A stretch of 64,000 nt of DNA from Candidatus Levyibacteriota bacterium (GTDB lineage Bacteria > Patescibacteriota > Microgenomatia > Levybacterales > UBA12049): the NCBI GenBank assembly GCA_016432345.1, contig CP066685.1, positions 176,236 to 240,235 of the forward strand. The letters are read 5' to 3'. Positions 62,679 through 64,000 of the stretch are shown in pieces; the stretch's first letter is position 1; every line of letters begins with the position of its first letter. The position numbers and the translations under genes are program-made. The notes under the pieces are model-generated. The model did not search any database. It was given only the letters and a program-made list of their open reading frames with translations, and was not told where the DNA came from.

Positions 62679-62689
62679 GAGAACCAATT

Positions 62690-63766
62690 ATGGGAAGACT
62701 ATCAGTACATAAAACATCTCCAAATGGACACACCGAAACTTCTCAAAAACTGGAAGCAGTTAGATTGGCCATGGAGCAAATCGAAAAACAATATGGTCGG
62801 GGGTCTATTATGCGTTTTGGCGAGGCAGCGCAAAAGTTTGATATTTCGGTTATTTCCACCGGTTGTCTTCCTTTAGACTTAGCGCTTGGTGTTGGCGGTG
62901 TGCCAAGGGGAAGAATTATAGAAATTTTTGGTCCAGAGGCATCGGGGAAAACAACTATTTGTTTATCTATTATTGCTCAAGCTCAAAAACATGGGGGTGT
63001 GGCGGCGTTTATTGATGCCGAACATGCCCTTGATCCGTTGTGGGCGCAGCGTTTGGGAGTAAAGCTGGACGAATTGCTTATTTCCCAACCTGATACCGGC
63101 GAGCAGGCTCTTGAGATTGCCGAAAGTCTTATCCGAAGCGGCGGCGTTGATGTGTTGGTTATAGATTCTGTAGCGGCATTAGTGCCCAGGGCCGAAATAG
63201 AGGGAGAAATGGGAGATTCGATGATGGGTCTTCAAGCAAGACTAATGTCTCAAGCGCTTCGAAAATTAACAGGAGTTATTTCTAAATCCAAAACTGTGTG
63301 TATTTTTACCAATCAATTGCGTCAAAAGATTGGGGTCATGTTTGGTAACCCCGAAACCACCACTGGCGGTTTGGCATTAAAGTTTTATTCATCAATTCGT
63401 ATGGATGTTAGAAAAATCGAAACCATCAAAGACGGCGATAAAGTGGTTGGGTCGCGGCATCGGGTTAAGATTGTCAAAAATAAAGTATCCTCACCATTTC
63501 GGATTGCCGAGTTTGATGTTGGATCAGGCGGCATATCTCGAGAAGGCGGCATTTTGGATGTGGGGTTAGAAATGGGAGTGTTGCAAAAATCTGGCGCATT
63601 TTACCGCTATAACGATCAAATGATTGGTCAGGGAAAAATTGCCGTAGCGGAGTATTTAAAAGAAAATCAGGATGTGGCCAAAAAAATTGTGGCGGAAATT
63701 ATGGATAAAAGTAAAGGCGTAACACCAGTGGCAGTGGGCATGGAAGAAGCCTCTGAATCAGAATAA
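62690..63766 (+). CDS. recA: Recombinase RecA
   Basis: Contains [12 protein letters not shown], the FIDAEHALD pattern and L1/L2 loop regions. Confidence 0.99.
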   Translation: MGRLSVHKTSPNGHTETSQKLEAVRLAMEQIEKQYGRGSIMRFGEAAQKFDISVISTGCLPLDLALGVGGVPRGRIIEIFGPEASGKTTICLSIIAQAQKHGGVAAFIDAEHALDPLWAQRLGVKLDELLISQPDTGEQALEIAESLIRSGGVDVLVIDSVAALVPRAEIEGEMGDSMMGLQARLMSQALRKLTGVISKSKTVCIFTNQLRQKIGVMFGNPETTTGGLALKFYSSIRMDVRKIETIKDGDKVVGSRHRVKIVKNKVSSPFRIAEFDVGSGGISREGGILDVGLEMGVLQKSGAFYRYNDQMIGQGKIAVAEYLKENQDVAKKIVAEIMDKSKGVTPVAVGMEEASESE

Positions 63767-63770
63767 CTAG

Positions 63771-64000
63771 ATGGATGAGTTTGAGAAGTATTATAATCAC
63801 GCTCTTCGTTTTCTCTCCTTTCGTCCCCGCTCTGAAAAAGAGATTAGAGATAATCTAAAAAAGAAAAAAGTAGACCCTCTTGTTATAGAAAAAATTATTA
63901 TCAAGCTTAAAGAGCAAAAATTTGTCAATGATAAAGATTTTGCCCGAATGTGGGTTGAAAGTAGGATGCGATTTAAACCTCGCAGTCAAAGATTTATTAT
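63771..64000 (+). CDS. recX: Regulatory protein RecX (3' end cut by window edge)
   Basis: It is not in the ORF track. My translation gives MDEFEKYYNHALRFLSFRPRSEKEIRDNLKKKKVDPLVIEKIIIKLKEQKFVNDKDFARMWVESR, a typical RecX repeat, and it lies immediately after recA. Confidence 0.8.
   Translation, partial: MDEFEKYYNHALRFLSFRPRSEKEIRDNLKKKKVDPLVIEKIIIKLKEQKFVNDKDFARMWVESRMRFKPRSQRFI

Noticed and set aside
1-64000. CRISPR arrays, rRNA genes or an alternative genetic code (UGA recoding, as in some CPR lineages).
   Set aside because: I noticed no repeats of 20-40 nt with regular spacers; the only arrays are the 7-nt heptads. There is no rRNA-like sequence. Long conserved genes such as rpoB and rplQ end at TGA and are intact under the standard code.

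Overview
This is a 64-kb window from a compact, AT-rich bacterial genome with very short or overlapping gene junctions. It looks like a Candidate Phyla Radiation (Patescibacteria) lineage, which is an inference. The supporting observations are that no rpmD (L30) lies between rpsE and rplO, IF2 is short, AlaRS lacks its C-terminal domain, an archaeal-type AMP phosphorylase and a UPF0200-like kinase are present, and many proteins are trimmed. The content is almost entirely housekeeping. In order it contains hrcA(partial)-grpE-DUF4177-dnaK-dnaJ(class II), small membrane proteins, and a LemA/DUF2207 pair on the minus strand. Next come nusA-infB-(degenerate DHH protein)-rpsO-pnp-(protease-less Lon AAA+)-rnj-ftsK-rodZ-like-DUF948-ytxH. 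A minus-strand block follows: alaS-(716-aa membrane protein)-sortase-AMP phosphorylase-mltG. After that come rpoB-rpoC-rpsL-rpsG and a str/S10/spc/alpha ribosomal supercluster running through rplQ-rplM-rpsI, then tRNA-Pro(GGG) on the minus strand, recA and partial recX. The str/S10 backbone is interrupted three times by accessory cargo. The first insertion, between rpsG and fusA, carries a Fic-HTH protein, two small unknown ORFs and a cyclophilin. The second, between fusA and tuf, carries a DipZ-like protein, a GH18-like protein, nadE and nadD. The third, between rpsJ and rplC, is an acyltransferase-3 gene. Four non-coding signals stand out. (1) Strictly phased 7-nt TAG/TAA-N4 repeat arrays begin at the stop codons of hrcA, dnaK and rpsL, and a shared AGCGTCTAG / ACGCT-N6-7-ATG module occurs before SD-less genes. 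(2) Terminator-like hairpins sit inside the leaders of rpoB, fusA, tuf, rplC and rplQ. (3) A roughly 160-nt GC-enriched candidate RNA or attenuator, bounded by a promoter and a terminator, lies upstream of rplC. (4) Consensus -10 boxes recur only 6-11 nt from start codons, implying leaderless or near-leaderless mRNAs. I saw no CRISPR array, transposase, integrase or rRNA. All calls come from reading the sequence and the ORF track by eye, with no searches or computations.
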